Shown: positions 1-12,455 of the stretch, one piece after another
Layout: each line of letters starts with the position of its first letter
Numbering within the stretch: position 1 is the stretch's first letter
Origin: Octopus sinensis
Lineage: Eukaryota
Assembly (NCBI RefSeq): GCF_006345805.1
Contig: NC_043003.1
Location: 107,136,001-107,200,000, forward strand
Length of the DNA: 64,000 nt
Direction of reading: 5' to 3'
Program-made: the position numbers and the translations under genes
The notes under the pieces: model-generated
Seen by the model: the letters and a program-made list of their open reading frames with translations, nothing else
Database searches by the model: none
What the model was told of the DNA's origin: nothing

Positions 1-114
1 AAGCCCAGTACTTACTCTATCAGTCTCTTTTTGCCGAACCGCTAAGTTACGGGGACATAAATACACCAGCATCGGTTGTCAAGCAATGCTAGGGGGACAA
101 ACACAGACACACAA

Positions 115-164
<50 letters not shown>

Positions 165-335
165 CATATATACGATGGGCTTCTTTCAGTTTCCATCTAC
201 CAAATCCACTCACAAGGCATTGGTCGGCCCGAGGCTATTGTAGAAGACACTTGCCCAAGGTGCCGTGCAGTGGGACTGAACCCAGAACCATGTGGTTGGT
301 AAACAAGCTACTTACCACACAGCCACTCCTGCACC
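1..335 (-). mobile_element. SINE family A (tRNA-like head, internal (TA)n/(TG)n), 3' part runs off the window edge
   Basis: Minus strand begins gcaggagtggctgtgtggtaag...ggttcagtccc (A/B-box-like). The same sequence recurs more than 10 times in the window. Confidence 0.85.
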
Positions 336-344
336 TTTCCGCAG

Positions 345-785
345 GTAGGAAATATTAAAATTTTGGTTTCACATTTTGACAGAAGGTCAGCGATTTTGAG
401 GGAGGAAATAAATCAATTCTATTGATCCCCAGTGCTCAGCTGGTAGTTATTTTATCGACCCTGGATAGGATGAAAGGCAAAGTTAACCTTGGTGGTATTT
501 GAACCCAGAAGCTGGAAGAAACACTGCTAAGCATTTAGCCCAGCATAGTAATGATTCTGCTAGCTTGCTGCCTTGGAAAATATTGAAATATTGGTTTCAA
601 AGCTTGGCACAAGGCCAGCAAGTTCAACCCCAGTACACAACTGGTACTTATTTGATCGACCCTGGAAGGATGAAAGGCAAAGTCGACCTAGGTGGAATTT
701 GAACTCAGAACAGGACAGACAAAATGTCATTAAGCATTTTTTCCAGCATGCGAAAGATTCTGCCAGCCCATCACCTTACAGGTAG
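345..785 (-). mobile_element. Two adjacent degenerate copies of SINE family B
   Basis: Each has the family core ttatcgaccc..ggatgaaaggcaaagt(c/t)(g/a)acct..ggaatttgaac, shared with about 15 other copies. Confidence 0.75.
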
Positions 786-789
786 AAAA

Positions 790-1455
790 TAAGGATTTCA
801 AATTTTGGCACTAGGCCAGCAATTTTGGGGGCGGGGAAAAGTCAGTTATATCGACCCCAGTGCTCAACTGGTACTTATTTTATCAACTCGAAAAGGATGA
901 CAGATAGAGTCAACCTCAGCGCAATTTGAACTCAGAATCTACCTCAGTGCAATTTGGACTCGGAGTCAACCTCAGCACAATTTGAACTCAGAGTCAACCT
1001 CAGCGCAATTTGAACTCAGAGTCAACCTCAGAGCAAGTTAGACTCAGAATCAACCTCAGTGTAATTTGGACTCGGAGTCAACCACAGTGCAATTTGGACT
1101 CGGAGTCAACCTCAGTGTAATTTGGACTCGGAGTCAACCTCAGTGCAATTTGGACTCGGAGTCAACCTAAGTACAATTTTAACTCAGAGTCAATCTCAGC
1201 ACAATTTGAACTCAGAGTCAACCTCAGTGCAATTTGGACTTGGAGTCAACCTCAGCATAATTTGGACTCAGAATCAACCTCAGTGCAATTTGGACTCGGA
1301 GTCAACCTCAGTACAATTTTAACTCAGAGTCAATCTCAGTGCAATTTGAACTCAGAGTCAACCTCAGTGCAATTTGGACTCGGAGTCAACCTCAGCATAA
1401 TTTGGACACATACAGATGATATGCTACCAAGCATTTTGTCTGGCATGCTGACGAT
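790..1455 (-). mobile_element. SINE family B copy with an internal segment expanded into a tandem array
   Basis: SINE-B body before 907 and SINE-B head (aagcattttgtctggcatgctgac) after 1406, with the array in between. Confidence 0.75.
907..1406. repeat. 28-bp minisatellite, about 18 copies (gagtcaacctcagtgcaatttg(g/a)actc(g/a))
   Basis: Directly visible tandem units. The unit matches the SINE-B segment aagtcgacctcggcggaatttgaactca. Confidence 0.95.
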
Positions 1456-1904
1456 TGCTACCTTACAAGTAGAAAATATGAAAGTATTAAAAGTATAAAC
1501 AATACAGTCTGGGACACATATCTGTGATGGTAATTTGAGAGGAAAATGAAAAAAAGAGAAAGTTATTTAAAAAAAAAAAGAATTATTTATTTATTTAATG
1601 CAATAGAAATATTTTAAAAAATGGTCTGTGTACAAAATATGTGAAATAGAAAAAAAATCAAACCCCATTTTTTAAAAATATATTACAAAGGTTTTAAGTT
1701 ACTCCATGTGATAGGTGATAGATATACGCATAAATACACATGTGTGTGCATATATATAATAAGTCCCGGGGTCGATTTGCTCGACTATATATATATATAT
1801 ATATACATATATGTACATACAAATACACACACATAAACACACACATACACATATATACATCTAATTATGTATATACCATCAGGTATTTTGGGTATTACTA
1901 TTAT

Positions 1905-1917
1905 AATCAATATCATC

Positions 1918-1965
<48 letters not shown>

Positions 1966-2082
1966 TATTATTATTATCATTATTACTATTATTATCATGT
2001 ACATATATATACAAACATGCATGTGTATGTGTGTGTGTGTGTATATATACCATTCCAGTATGAAAAAAAAGGATGTTAAATA

Positions 2083-2114
<32 letters not shown>

Positions 2115-2125
2115 ACAAATATATA

Positions 2126-2161
<36 letters not shown>

Positions 2162-2225
2162 TGTATTTATGTATGTATGTATGTATGTATGTATGTATGT
2201 ATGTATGTATGTATGTATATATGTA
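1905..2225. repeat. Compound microsatellite (TTA)n, (TG)n, (GAT)n, (TATG)n
   Basis: Visible simple repeats; they explain the poly-Y/I/N/D/M ORFs. Confidence 0.95.
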
Positions 2226-2601
2226 CATGGTAACCACAAAGGGTATATATTTGATTACACATTTTATTATACTTGTGGTAATACATGCTGAAAAGGTAAA
2301 AGAAAACACAGAAATGGTATCATAAATGAACATTTTCAAAAATACATTCTTTTTCTACAATAAATGGCATTGTAGTGAAAGACAGGATGATTGGTCACAG
2401 GTTTCTGATAAGCCTATCACTGGTTCATGGTATTTTTGATAGCAGGAGTAACAAGGGATTGTATGTGCAAACTGGTGGAACAAACAGCACACAGGGTATT
2501 CTCATATGAAAGCACCTCCTTTTTTTTTACTGTACTTGTGTCTATGTTTACATCTTTCACTGATACACATGTACAAAACAAAGAAACAACAAACACACAT
2601 G

Positions 2602-2647
<46 letters not shown>

Positions 2648-2829
2648 AGGACTGGAGGTGTGGACTTGGTTGTAGTTGTCAAGTTCCCTCTGCAACCTTG
2701 TGATGTCAGGTTCTGTCCCATTGCATGACACCTTGACCAATGTTACGTGAGAGAAATTTCATTCAGAGAAACTGACAGGATTTGGGGACTAAATTTGACA
2801 GTTTGTATAAAAGGAAAGCAAAAATATCC

Positions 2830-3625
2830 CAAAATAAAAGTGTTTTAAATAATCAAAAATGATCAACTGAATTCTGGTTGAGAAATGACAGTTTACTCAA
2901 GGTAGCAGCCCTTAACTTCCACCATGGCCTGAAGACAGCTCTAGAACCTGGCACATGCATTCCTCAGTGTGTCCCTGAGAAGATCTTCAAACACTTCCTT
3001 GGTCATAGCCAGCAGCTCGGCTTTGGCGTTGAAGGCAGAATGGTTGCTGTCTTTCCAGATTGCATCTTACACTTATTAATCCATGGGATTACAACTGGGG
3101 GGATTAAGAGGCCTAACATTGGGGTTGATGAAGTAGAAGTTTTCTGACATCCACTTCGGACTCTTTCCAGAGATTGGCAAGGAGCTGAATCCAGCTGCTA
3201 CACATAAGGCCTTCCAGAAGCAACCATCTCCAGCCAGAGACTAATCACAATGTCCAGAATCTTCACATAGCTGTCTGAATTAAGCCTAAGGCCCTGTTCA
3301 CAGATGTGGGGTGGCATGACATCACCCTCACTGGAGGACACACCGAAAGACCTGATGTCCACGGTTTAGTAGTCTCTGTTGCAGCTGTCCATGTCTTAAG
3401 GCCTTTACAGTGTTCACAGAGCATTGAAGAGCAGCAGTCATGATGTCAACATTTTGGTACCCAACACAAATCACTATGACAGCACCTTTCCAATATTCAG
3501 ATGGCTTCCGGTCCTCCGGGTCAGCTAACTCTTCCTCAACTAAAACTTTAACCTTTATGCTTTCCAAATCCATTGACTGTTCACCTACTCATCAAGCTGT
3601 TAGGGAAAAGAAACCCAAACGCTTT
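2830..3625 (-). mobile_element. Internally deleted, decayed Tc1/mariner (maT/DD37D-like) transposase remnant
   Basis: Minus-strand frames give VFGVSSSEGDVMPPHICEQGLRLNSDSYVKIL and KEVFEDLLRDTLRNACARF, homologous to the remnant at 30 kb. Contains stops and frameshifts. Confidence 0.8.
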
Positions 3626-3652
3626 GTATGTATGCATATATATGTGTGTGTG

Positions 3653-3688
<36 letters not shown>

Positions 3689-3829
3689 ACATAGATATAT
3701 ACATAGATGTATACATACGCACAATGACTTTCTTTTACAGTCATGATATCTGCATTTATACTCCTTTAGTGCTAGCTTACTGCACTCATTGAGGAAATGG
3801 TTAATACTTTTGTCCTCTTTTCCAAAAGC

Positions 3830-4330
3830 ATAGTTGCTAGAATAAGAATAGGATGGTGAAAGTTTAGAGAGCTATTACCTCTGTTGACAACAAACGATCT
3901 CTCTCTCTCTCTCTGAAGGACAGATTATATGTAACTTGTGTTCATATAACAATATTACGTGGTAGTGTAACATGGGCCTTGAGTACAGAGGACATGAGAA
4001 AACTAGAGAGGAATAAGGCTAATATGTTCTGTTAGATGAGCAATGTCAGTGTACATGTATGATGGCATGCTACTGTATTGAGAGGAAAGTCAAACAGAAG
4101 AGGAATTAGATGTAGAGAGCACGGGAGAAGACAGTGCTGGTTTGGTCATGTGATGTGTATGGATGAGGATAGTTGCATAAAGAAGTTTTTGATCACTTAA
4201 AATGGATGGAACTTGAGGAGGAGGGAAACCCAGGAAGACTTCGGATGATTGGCATTTTGCTGAACTCAAGAAGACCTGTCCATTCAGCAAAAAATGCTAT
4301 CCTAAAACTACTCAGTTATGCTTGCGTGTG
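3830..4330 (+). mobile_element. RTE-clade LINE 3' remnant
   Basis: Translates to RIRIGW*KFRELLPLL...RLYVTCV...TWALSTEDMRKLERN...WFGHVMCMDEDSCIKK, a typical RTE C-terminal region. Confidence 0.8.
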
Positions 4331-4610
4331 CAGGGTCCAGCCTCCCCCTACCTCCACTCTATCTGACATGTTAGGCATTTCCCTTACCCCAATTCTCAAC
4401 CCTGAATACCTATCACCACCACCCTACCATCTATGGTGCTGCTCAGTTGCTGCAATCACCTGAGAGCAGAATTGGCACATATTATAACCCCTGCCTCCTG
4501 GTCACCCTCCAGCCTCCCCACCACCAGAATCACTTCCATTCCTCATCATCATCCATCCATGTCCTCACTATTTCTACCAATCATCTCCTTGCTGTACCTC
4601 CTTGCTGTAC

Positions 4611-4647
4611 CTAACCCTAACCCTAACCCTAACCCTAACCCTAACCC
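4611..4647. repeat. Interstitial telomeric-type repeat (CCCTAA)6, i.e. TTAGGG on the minus strand
   Basis: ctaaccctaaccctaaccctaaccctaaccctaaccc. Confidence 0.9.
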
Positions 4648-4734
4648 ATTGCTCTCACCACCCCTCCACCACCTCCACTACATTCCATTCTTCACACTTC
4701 TCTTGTCTGCTCTCTTTCCCAATGCCCTCTCCTA

Positions 4735-6035
4735 TCTAAAAACCCAAAACTGGAGACCTAAGTGATACTGGGAATTAGAGAGGGATCAGTCTGTCTTCCA
4801 TTGTTGCAAAAATGGTCAACAAGATGATACTTAACTGAATACAACATAAGATGAACAGAACAATTGCGACCAAATCAAAATGGATTCAGATCAGGACGGT
4901 CAACATCTCACATTGTTGCACTTAGAAGACTGAAAGAGGGAGTTCAGAGCTGTAACAGGTAGGATATCATTATCTATTAAGAGTTTTAAAAGGTTTTTGA
5001 TTTAGTACATAGAGGAATGATGACGAAGATACTTAAAGCATATGATATACCACCAAGGATTTTGAGAGCAATAAGCAATCTATATGAGAACACCAGAGTG
5101 AAAGTGATCACTCCTGATGGAGAGACAGGATACTTTGAAGTCAAAGCCAGAGTATTACAAGGCGATGCACTAGCACTTATCTCTTCACCATTGTTCTGGA
5201 CTATGTAATGCATAGAACATACGAGGGCAAGGAAGAGGAACTGGGATTCAAACTGTATAGGCAAAGAAGTAGATGGCATTAAGCAGTAACAGTGATTGAC
5301 TTAGACTATGCTGATGACCTGGCATTACTACCAGAGAGGACAGATCAGGCACAGGAGGTGCTGAGCAGATTAGAGCAGGAATTGGGGGAAGGTAGGATTG
5401 AACTGTAAGTATTCAACCATGAAATGCCTGTGCCAGTGAAAGTTAAAGATGGTAAGTCGCTGAAGGTAGTTGAAAGTTTCAAATACCTTGGTGCTTGGAG
5501 ACAAAGTACTGAAAAAGACATCGTAGCAAGGAAAGCTCTTGCCTGGAGCGCATGCCATAAATTGAGAAAGGTTCGGAGTTCAACGTTAGCAAGGAAATTG
5601 AAAGTGAGGTTGTTTCTGGTAACAGTTGAGTCTGTTCTTCTATACAGCGCTGAAACATGGATGCTCACAAAAGCATTGAAGAAGCAGTTGGATCGTTGCT
5701 ATACAAAGATGCTTAGAATGGCACTCAATGTCTCCTGGAAGAGTCATACAATAAATGCCAACTTATTCCAGGGGCTACCAAAAGTAACATTGAAGATACA
5801 GCATAGAAGAATGAGGCTGGCTGGACACTGCATCAGACACACCGATGAAATTGATAACAAGCTCTGGCAACCAAGAGAAGGAAGAACCAGGAGAGGAAGG
5901 AGGAAGACAACCTATATTGACAACTTACTGGTATGGAAGGGTTACAGGAGCTGAGGACCATTATGGAAGATCAAGATGAATGAGGAAAACGTGTGGAAAC
6001 AGTCTTGGGGCATCCCATGGGATGACCTAGATGAG
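4735..6035 (+). mobile_element. 5'-truncated, frameshifted RTE-clade LINE (reverse transcriptase to C-terminus)
   Basis: Motifs GISLSSIVAKMVNKMILN, NQNGFRSGRST, RVLQGDAL, LDYADDLALL, FKYLG, ESVLLYSAETW, RMRLAGHCIRH, GRTRRGRRKTTYIDNL. Confidence 0.92.
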
Positions 6036-6084
6036 ATCTCCTACCTACTGTTATGTCCCACTTACAGTACCCTACCCATATCAT

Positions 6085-6420
6085 CATCATCATCATCATC
6101 ATCGTTGTTTAACGTCCGCTTTCCATGCTAGCATGGGTTGGACGGTTCAACTGGGGTCTGGGAAGCCCGAAGGCTGCACCAGGCCCAGTCAGATCTGGCA
6201 GAGTTTCTACAGCTGGATGCCCTTCCTAACGCCAACCACTCCGTGAGTGTAGTGGGTGCTTTTTATGTGCCACCGACACAGGTGCCAGACGAGGCTGGCG
6301 AACGGCCACGCTTGGATGGTGCTTTTTACGTGCCACCGGCACGGAGGCCAGTCGATGCAGTGTTGGCTATGGCCACATTCGGATGGTTCGGTGCTGGCTA
6401 CGGCCACATTCGGATGGTGT
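6085..6420 (-). mobile_element. RTE LINE 3' end (family D) with (GAT)n tail
   Basis: catcatcat..gtttaacgtccgctttccatgctagcatgggttggacgg..ggatgcccttcctaacgccaacc, seen in about 15 copies. Confidence 0.8.
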
Positions 6421-6894
6421 ACCTTTTATTTCTCCCTCTCCATGCTCCCACACTTTGAACAGCGTGCTACTGCTTTCTGTTCTGTTCTCCTTTCTGAGCC
6501 ATTCCTCACCCTACCCCCTTTCCATGTTGGCATTTCCCCCCCAACTGCACCCCCACCATTGTTCATCACTCACTACATTCACCTCTACCCCCTCTTTAAC
6601 CAGCTGTTGCCCTCCTACACATACAACCCTTTATGAAAGTATCCACTCTCCCACCCCCTCCATCACCCACCACCTGTATCCTCCCTTATGCTCCCTCTTT
6701 TGTCTCCTTCACTCATCACTATCTTCCTTTTATCTCCTTCAGTTATGCATCCCTTCCATCGCAAGACACCTGTGCTTGTCCCCCTCATACTTTAGCCTTT
6801 CAACACCTGGCATAAAGCCTCCCACCTCCACCTCCCTCTCTCAAATACTCTCCTCTCATCAATGGGAGTTCTTACTTTTTTCCCCTATTCTTTT

Positions 6895-7159
6895 TCTGTC
6901 TTGCAAGGTACTTAGTGACCTCACTAGTGCTGGTGCCCCATAAAGAGCACTGAGTCCACTCTGTAAAGGAGTGGCATTAAGAAGGGCATTCAACTATAGA
7001 TTCTGAATCATATCTGACTGCAGGTCAAGGTGGTCTGGCCGCTTGCCAGATCCGGTCAAATGTCCAACCCATGCCAGCATGGAAAGCAGACAATAAATGA
7101 TGACGACGATGATGATGATGATGATGATGATGGTGATGACGATCACGATGATGATAATA

Positions 7160-7191
<32 letters not shown>

Positions 7192-7232
7192 GACGATGAT
7201 GATGATGATGAGGGTTATGATGATGATGATGA
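6895..7232 (+). mobile_element. Family D copy with long (GAT)n tail
   Basis: aagaagggcattcaactatag..ccaacccatgccagcatggaaagcagac followed by (GAT)n. Confidence 0.7.
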
Positions 7233-8212
7233 TATAAATATACATGCAAATATACATTATATATACACACACACACATCATATATACATATATAATGTGT
7301 GTGTAATGTATATTTTAGCATATAATTGACACGTAGCTACATAATGTGTAACTGCTATGAAATGGAAGATTCCTTCTTTTTGATTTATATTCCAAGTAGA
7401 TATTGAATGGAACCCAGTTCTGGCTTCCCTTTCAAGAAAGCCTTAATGTTTACTTAATAAAATCTTTAATAATCTGACTTCCTTTAAAATATCTGGTAAT
7501 TGTAACCTGATAGAATGCCAACTTCATAGAATGATGTACATTGATGGAACTCTGTATAATAGCATGTTGATGCAAGCTTATATAATTCTGTATAATGTTG
7601 CTACTTCTTATAATGCCATGTTAATGCAAGCTGATATAATGATGCACAGAGTTGTGACTTCACATAATGCTAGGTTGGTTAGGAATAGTAGATTTTATAA
7701 TGATGTATGCAAAATGCAACTTTATACAATGCAACGTGCAAATGCAAACTGTTTTAGTGACATACGCTCTGTCTCTCTCTCTCTCTCTCTCTTCTCTAGT
7801 CCCTTTTTTCTCTCTCCCCACTTCTCTCTCTCTCTCTCTTTCTATCTCTCTATCGCTCTCTCTTTCTGTCTCTCTATCGCTCTCTCACTCTTTCATAATC
7901 ATATTCAATTTAGAAACGTGTCATAAAGATGATTTTTGACAAAACTAGAAATAAATTTTCTAACGAACTGAGTCTATAATTTTCAATTAGAATGTCTCAG
8001 AATAGCCTCCAGTTATTTCAAAACATGTATTTATTTGTTCCACCCGCCATTATCTTCCCTGAACTGCAACAATTTCTGAAAAATGTTAGCAGAGCTAAGC
8101 ATTGGAAATATATGCTAATGGAATATATATATATATATATATATACATATATATATACAGGTATGTATATACGTATATATATATGTGTGTGTGTGTGTAT
8201 GCATGTATATAT

Positions 8213-8265
<53 letters not shown>

Positions 8266-8293
8266 TACATATACATATATATGTGTGTATCTA

Positions 8294-8340
<47 letters not shown>

Positions 8341-8503
8341 GCACACACACATATACACATACACACACACACATATATATATACACACACACACATACAT
8401 AAAACTTCCTTCCAAAAGATTTATGTCATTCTGTTTCACTGAATTTTTTAAAAAATAGTTAATAAGTTAACAAAAAAAATTTCTTCAAATATATATGTAT
8501 TTG

Positions 8504-8543
<40 letters not shown>

Positions 8544-8668
8544 TATGTGTGGGTGTGTAAATATGCATGTATGTGTGTGTATATATATGTATGTTTTTAT
8601 GTATGCATGTATGTACGTGTGTGTGTAAATATGCATGTATGTGTGTATATATGAATTTTTTTATGTAC

Positions 8669-8703
<35 letters not shown>

Positions 8704-9329
8704 GGTGTGTAAATATGCATGTATGTGTGTGTATATATATGTATGTTTTTATGTATGCATGTATGTACGTGTGTGTGTAAATATGCATGTATGTGTGTAT
8801 ATATGAATTTTTTTATGTACGTGTGTGTGTGTGTGTGTGTAAATTCTACCAGTATAAAAGAAGAATACAGAAGAAATTAAATAGTTCTTGGAGTAGAAGT
8901 ATTTTTCTCTTTGCAAACTTATTAGCGTTTAACAACTGAGATACGTAGCTCTTGTTGGCTCAGTCCACATAGCTGTACATAGGCATCCTGTTTGTTGCTT
9001 ACACACCCATCTTCGTCTTTTGTTTTTTCCGTAAATTCTCACGATATATTACACACTCACATGGTCGCACCAGTTTAATCCTGTCTCTACCTCATAACAC
9101 TTCAAACCTTTCCTGGACTATTCTACCTAGATCTTCTACTCTCCTACACTTTGGCTGCACTTCTCCTACCCATGGATTACACTGGACTCTTCCTTTGATA
9201 AGAAACCACTCCAATGCACCATGACATTTGAACCTTTTGAACTTTTCTGAATCTTTCTGTACTTTCTGCTTTTTTCTATTGTTCTTTCTTCTTACTCTGT
9301 TTTCTCTCAATTCGTACAATGTATTTCTG

Positions 9330-9470
9330 TGTTCCTTTCTGTCAAAGAGCATATGCTCGAAACATAAAAAACTTTCTCACTTCCCAAGTGTTAAACTAAT
9401 ACATCTGTTTGTTGTTTTACACACCAATCTTCGTCTTCTGTTTTTTTTTGCATAAATTCTTTTTGCATAA
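9330..9470 (+). mobile_element. Penelope-like element terminal (pseudo-LTR) fragment; a related piece lies at about 8960-9050
   Basis: Matches 33640-33850 (ctttctgt.gaagagc..gctcgaaac..tcttcgtctt). Confidence 0.65.
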
Positions 9471-9799
9471 ATTCTCACTCTAGTAAGGAAATAGTTCATC
9501 TCTACCAATTCTGCAGATCACTATATGATTCTTTCTCCTTTTCCCCAGTAGGCACAAAGTCCTGATATTTTCAATATTTTTAAAGCAAGTGACAAAATGT
9601 GTTTTATGTCTCCACAAAAGAGCACATCTGACAAGTAAAAATGTCAAGGGAACTCCAGCCACAATTGGAACTCCTATGATCTGAACTGATCTGATGTGGA
9701 ACTAAGCAGCATCTGTTAGGTTCAGTTGGGCTAATTTAACAACAGTTTTTAATTAACTGGTAATTCTTAATTAAAGGTAGTAATACCATTAGTAGAAGC

Positions 9800-10070
9800 A
9801 ATCAGCATTTAATATCTGCTTTCCATGTTTGGCATGGGTTGTATGGTTTGACTGAAGTCTGGTAAGCCAGTGGCTTACCTGATCTGGTAATGTTTCTACA
9901 GCTGGATACCACTCCTAACGCCAACCACTCTGAGAGTGTAGTGTGTGCTTTTTACATGCCACTGGTACAGGTGTAGTCAGGGGGCACTGGCATCAACCAC
10001 GTTCAGATGGTGCCTTTTATGCCCCACTGGCACAAGAGCCAGTCAGGGGGCACTGGCATTGACCATGTTG
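9800..10070 (-). mobile_element. Degenerate family D copy
   Basis: ttccatgtttggcatgggttg..ctacagctggatacc..ctaacgccaaccactc. Confidence 0.7.
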
Positions 10071-10734
10071 TAACAGGCTTTGAAAGCAAATAGAAACGGT
10101 TATTTTAATGTTGGCCTTCAACTGTAAAGATTTTCAATATACAAATGTGATGAGTAAAAAACTGAATTGAAGATAGACTGGACAATTAACCATTTGGATA
10201 GGTCAGTGTAAAGGGCCCATTATGATGTTGACTGGAAATCCTTAGCCCATGTTGACCCAGTTAAAAGCAGATCAACTTGGCATCAAGCTGGAATATATGA
10301 AAGTCTATAACAAAACTGATAGAAAAAAAACCAATGATGAAATAAAGATAAAACCTGCTTGAGGCAAATATGTCTCCATCATCGAAACCATAACTGAAGA
10401 ACTCAATAATGGTTCATGGCAACTAACAAGAACCTTGTGAGTCTATAAAACCAGCTGCACCCAGAACATAGAAAGAATCTTACTCTCTCTGCCATCCTCA
10501 CAACTGAAAGAGCTGAGAATAGATGGCCTGCAAATCGTTTGGCCACCTTAATGTCAAGAACAGGCTTTGAAAATATCCTCATAATATGTTTAGAGCAGAA
10601 AGAAAATCAAAGGTTCTTCAGTGTTCTTCTAGACAACTTAAGAAAACTGCATTTTCTTAGCCAACAGTCAATCCCAAAGTACTGCAATACTAGTCATCGT
10701 CATTGTTGTCATTTTAACATATACTTTTCCATGC

Positions 10735-11285
10735 TTGCCGAGGTCAACTTTGCCATTCATCCTTTCAAGGTCGATTAAATAAGTACCAGTTACGCACTGG
10801 GGTTGATGTAATCAACTTAATCCCTTCGTCTGTCCTTGTTTGTTCCCTCTATGTTTAGACCCCTGTGGACAATAAAGAAATATGTGTGTGTGTGTGTGTG
10901 TGTGTGAAGGCGCAATGGCCCAGTGGTTAGGGCAGTGGACTCATAGTCATAGGACTACAGTTTCAATTCCCAGACTGGGTGTTATGAGTGTTTATTGAGC
11001 AAAGACACCTAAAGCTCTATGAAGCTCCAGCAGGGACTGGTGATGAACCCCACTGTATTCTTTCATCACAACTTTCTCTCACTCTTTCTTCCTGTTTCTG
11101 TTGTACCTGTATTGCAAAGGGGCTAGCCTCGTCACTCTGTGTCCCGCTGAATCTCCACAAGAACTACGTTAAGGGCACACGTGTCTGTGGAGTGCTCAGC
11201 CACTTGCACGTTAATTTCATGAGCAGGCTGTTCTGTTGATCATATCACCTGGATCCCTCGTTGTCATAACCAATGGAGTGCCATG
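10735..11285 (+). mobile_element. Partial SINE-B followed by SINE family C
   Basis: SINE-B core at 10740-10880, then ggcgcaatggcccagtggttagggcag..agaactacgttaagggcacacgtgtctgtggagtgctcagcc. Confidence 0.8.
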
Positions 11286-11297
11286 ATATATATATAT

Positions 11298-11666
11298 ACT
11301 AGCAGTATTGCCCGGCGTTGCTTGGGTTTATTTCGACCCTTTAGAATTGGAATTTTTGAAAATTTTGCATTATGTAGCTCGCTATTCTCTTTAAGTGAAC
11401 ATTTTTCTGGCTGAAATACACCGAAAAATGGCGACACAGCAGTCAAAAGATCGTAAAAATAGGGATTTTCATAGAAAAAAAGCACCTTTTTGATGTAAAT
11501 AATTTTTGGTCTTAACATGGTCCGATTTGAATTTTTTCTTCTATGGAAGGAAGAGCAAGCCTTCTTCTATCATACTCTCAATTTTGGTCAACTTGCGCTG
11601 CAGGGTCTTAGAGGAGATAGTGTTAAGTTGAAGGCTACCAAACCTGCTATACACAGACAACTTCAG

Positions 11667-11670
<4 letters not shown>
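11298..11670 (+). mobile_element. About 370-bp non-autonomous element in (TA)n, Helitron-like; second copy at 36196-36575
   Basis: Two similar copies. Begins actagcagtattgcccggcgttgcttggg (hairpin-like), ends acagacaacttcagcttt(at)n, no TIRs. The Helitron assignment is an inference. Confidence 0.55.
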
Positions 11671-11706
<36 letters not shown>

Positions 11707-12455
11707 TTCTCTCTGAGTAAAATAATGTTCCTAATCTTTGCATTGTCTTCTAACTTTAATTCTAAGTCCTGTGGCATTATTTTCTTAACATGTGAAACAG
11801 AAATATAATTTGGCTCAATATTATGATATTTAGCTGTGATAATTTTTTTAATATTGCAGTTTGCAACCAACAGAGGCTTCACATAAGAAAGTCAAATGGT
11901 GGAATATATAACTGGTTCGTTTATAAATCTTTTAACGGCTGAGAGAGAAACTAACCTCCCCAGTTATGTTCTGTCTTTAGTTTCTTTCAGTCTTAGGTCA
12001 TACTTGTAAATCTTTTCAACAATATTTATGTCGAAAATCTTAACTATTTACATTAAAACTAATTACTATTCACATGCTAAAGTTTGCTCCAAGTTATGAA
12101 CATCAAATTTAATGTGATATGGTGGACTGAATTAACCTGTATGTTTACGCCTGAGTGGCTTTCAAGTTATCTGTCATCCGCATGCGATAGGAAGAAAGGA
12201 AAGTAAAGTGTGTATAATTGCTAATTTCATAGATTAATTGGTCTGAACCTATTTCATATAATCAACAAGATGTCATAGTTTGGACAAATCTTCTTCAGTA
12301 CCGCATCTTACCAATTATTGCTGCCGTTTATCATCTCCTCCTCCGTCATGGAGTCTTCTAGCCTGTGATTAACTCTTACCATTTCTTTGCATATTTTATG
12401 TATGCTGTTTCGGCATCGTTTGACCCTTTTTTACTGAGTTTTCATACTTTGTAGA

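Noticed and set aside
86-358. Recurring ORF family ASFSFRLPNPLTRHWSARGY.. (also 22976, 24766, 52451, 53216)
   Set aside because: Antisense translation of SINE-A, not a gene family.
7553-7670. Two degenerate about 54-bp direct repeats inside ORF 7531-7926
   Set aside because: Low identity, only two copies, and the ORF runs into (CT)n; nothing supports function.
9092-9352. 86-aa basic ORF on the minus strand
   Set aside because: Overlaps a Penelope terminal fragment and purine-rich low-complexity DNA; possibly a decayed LINE piece, with no convincing motif.
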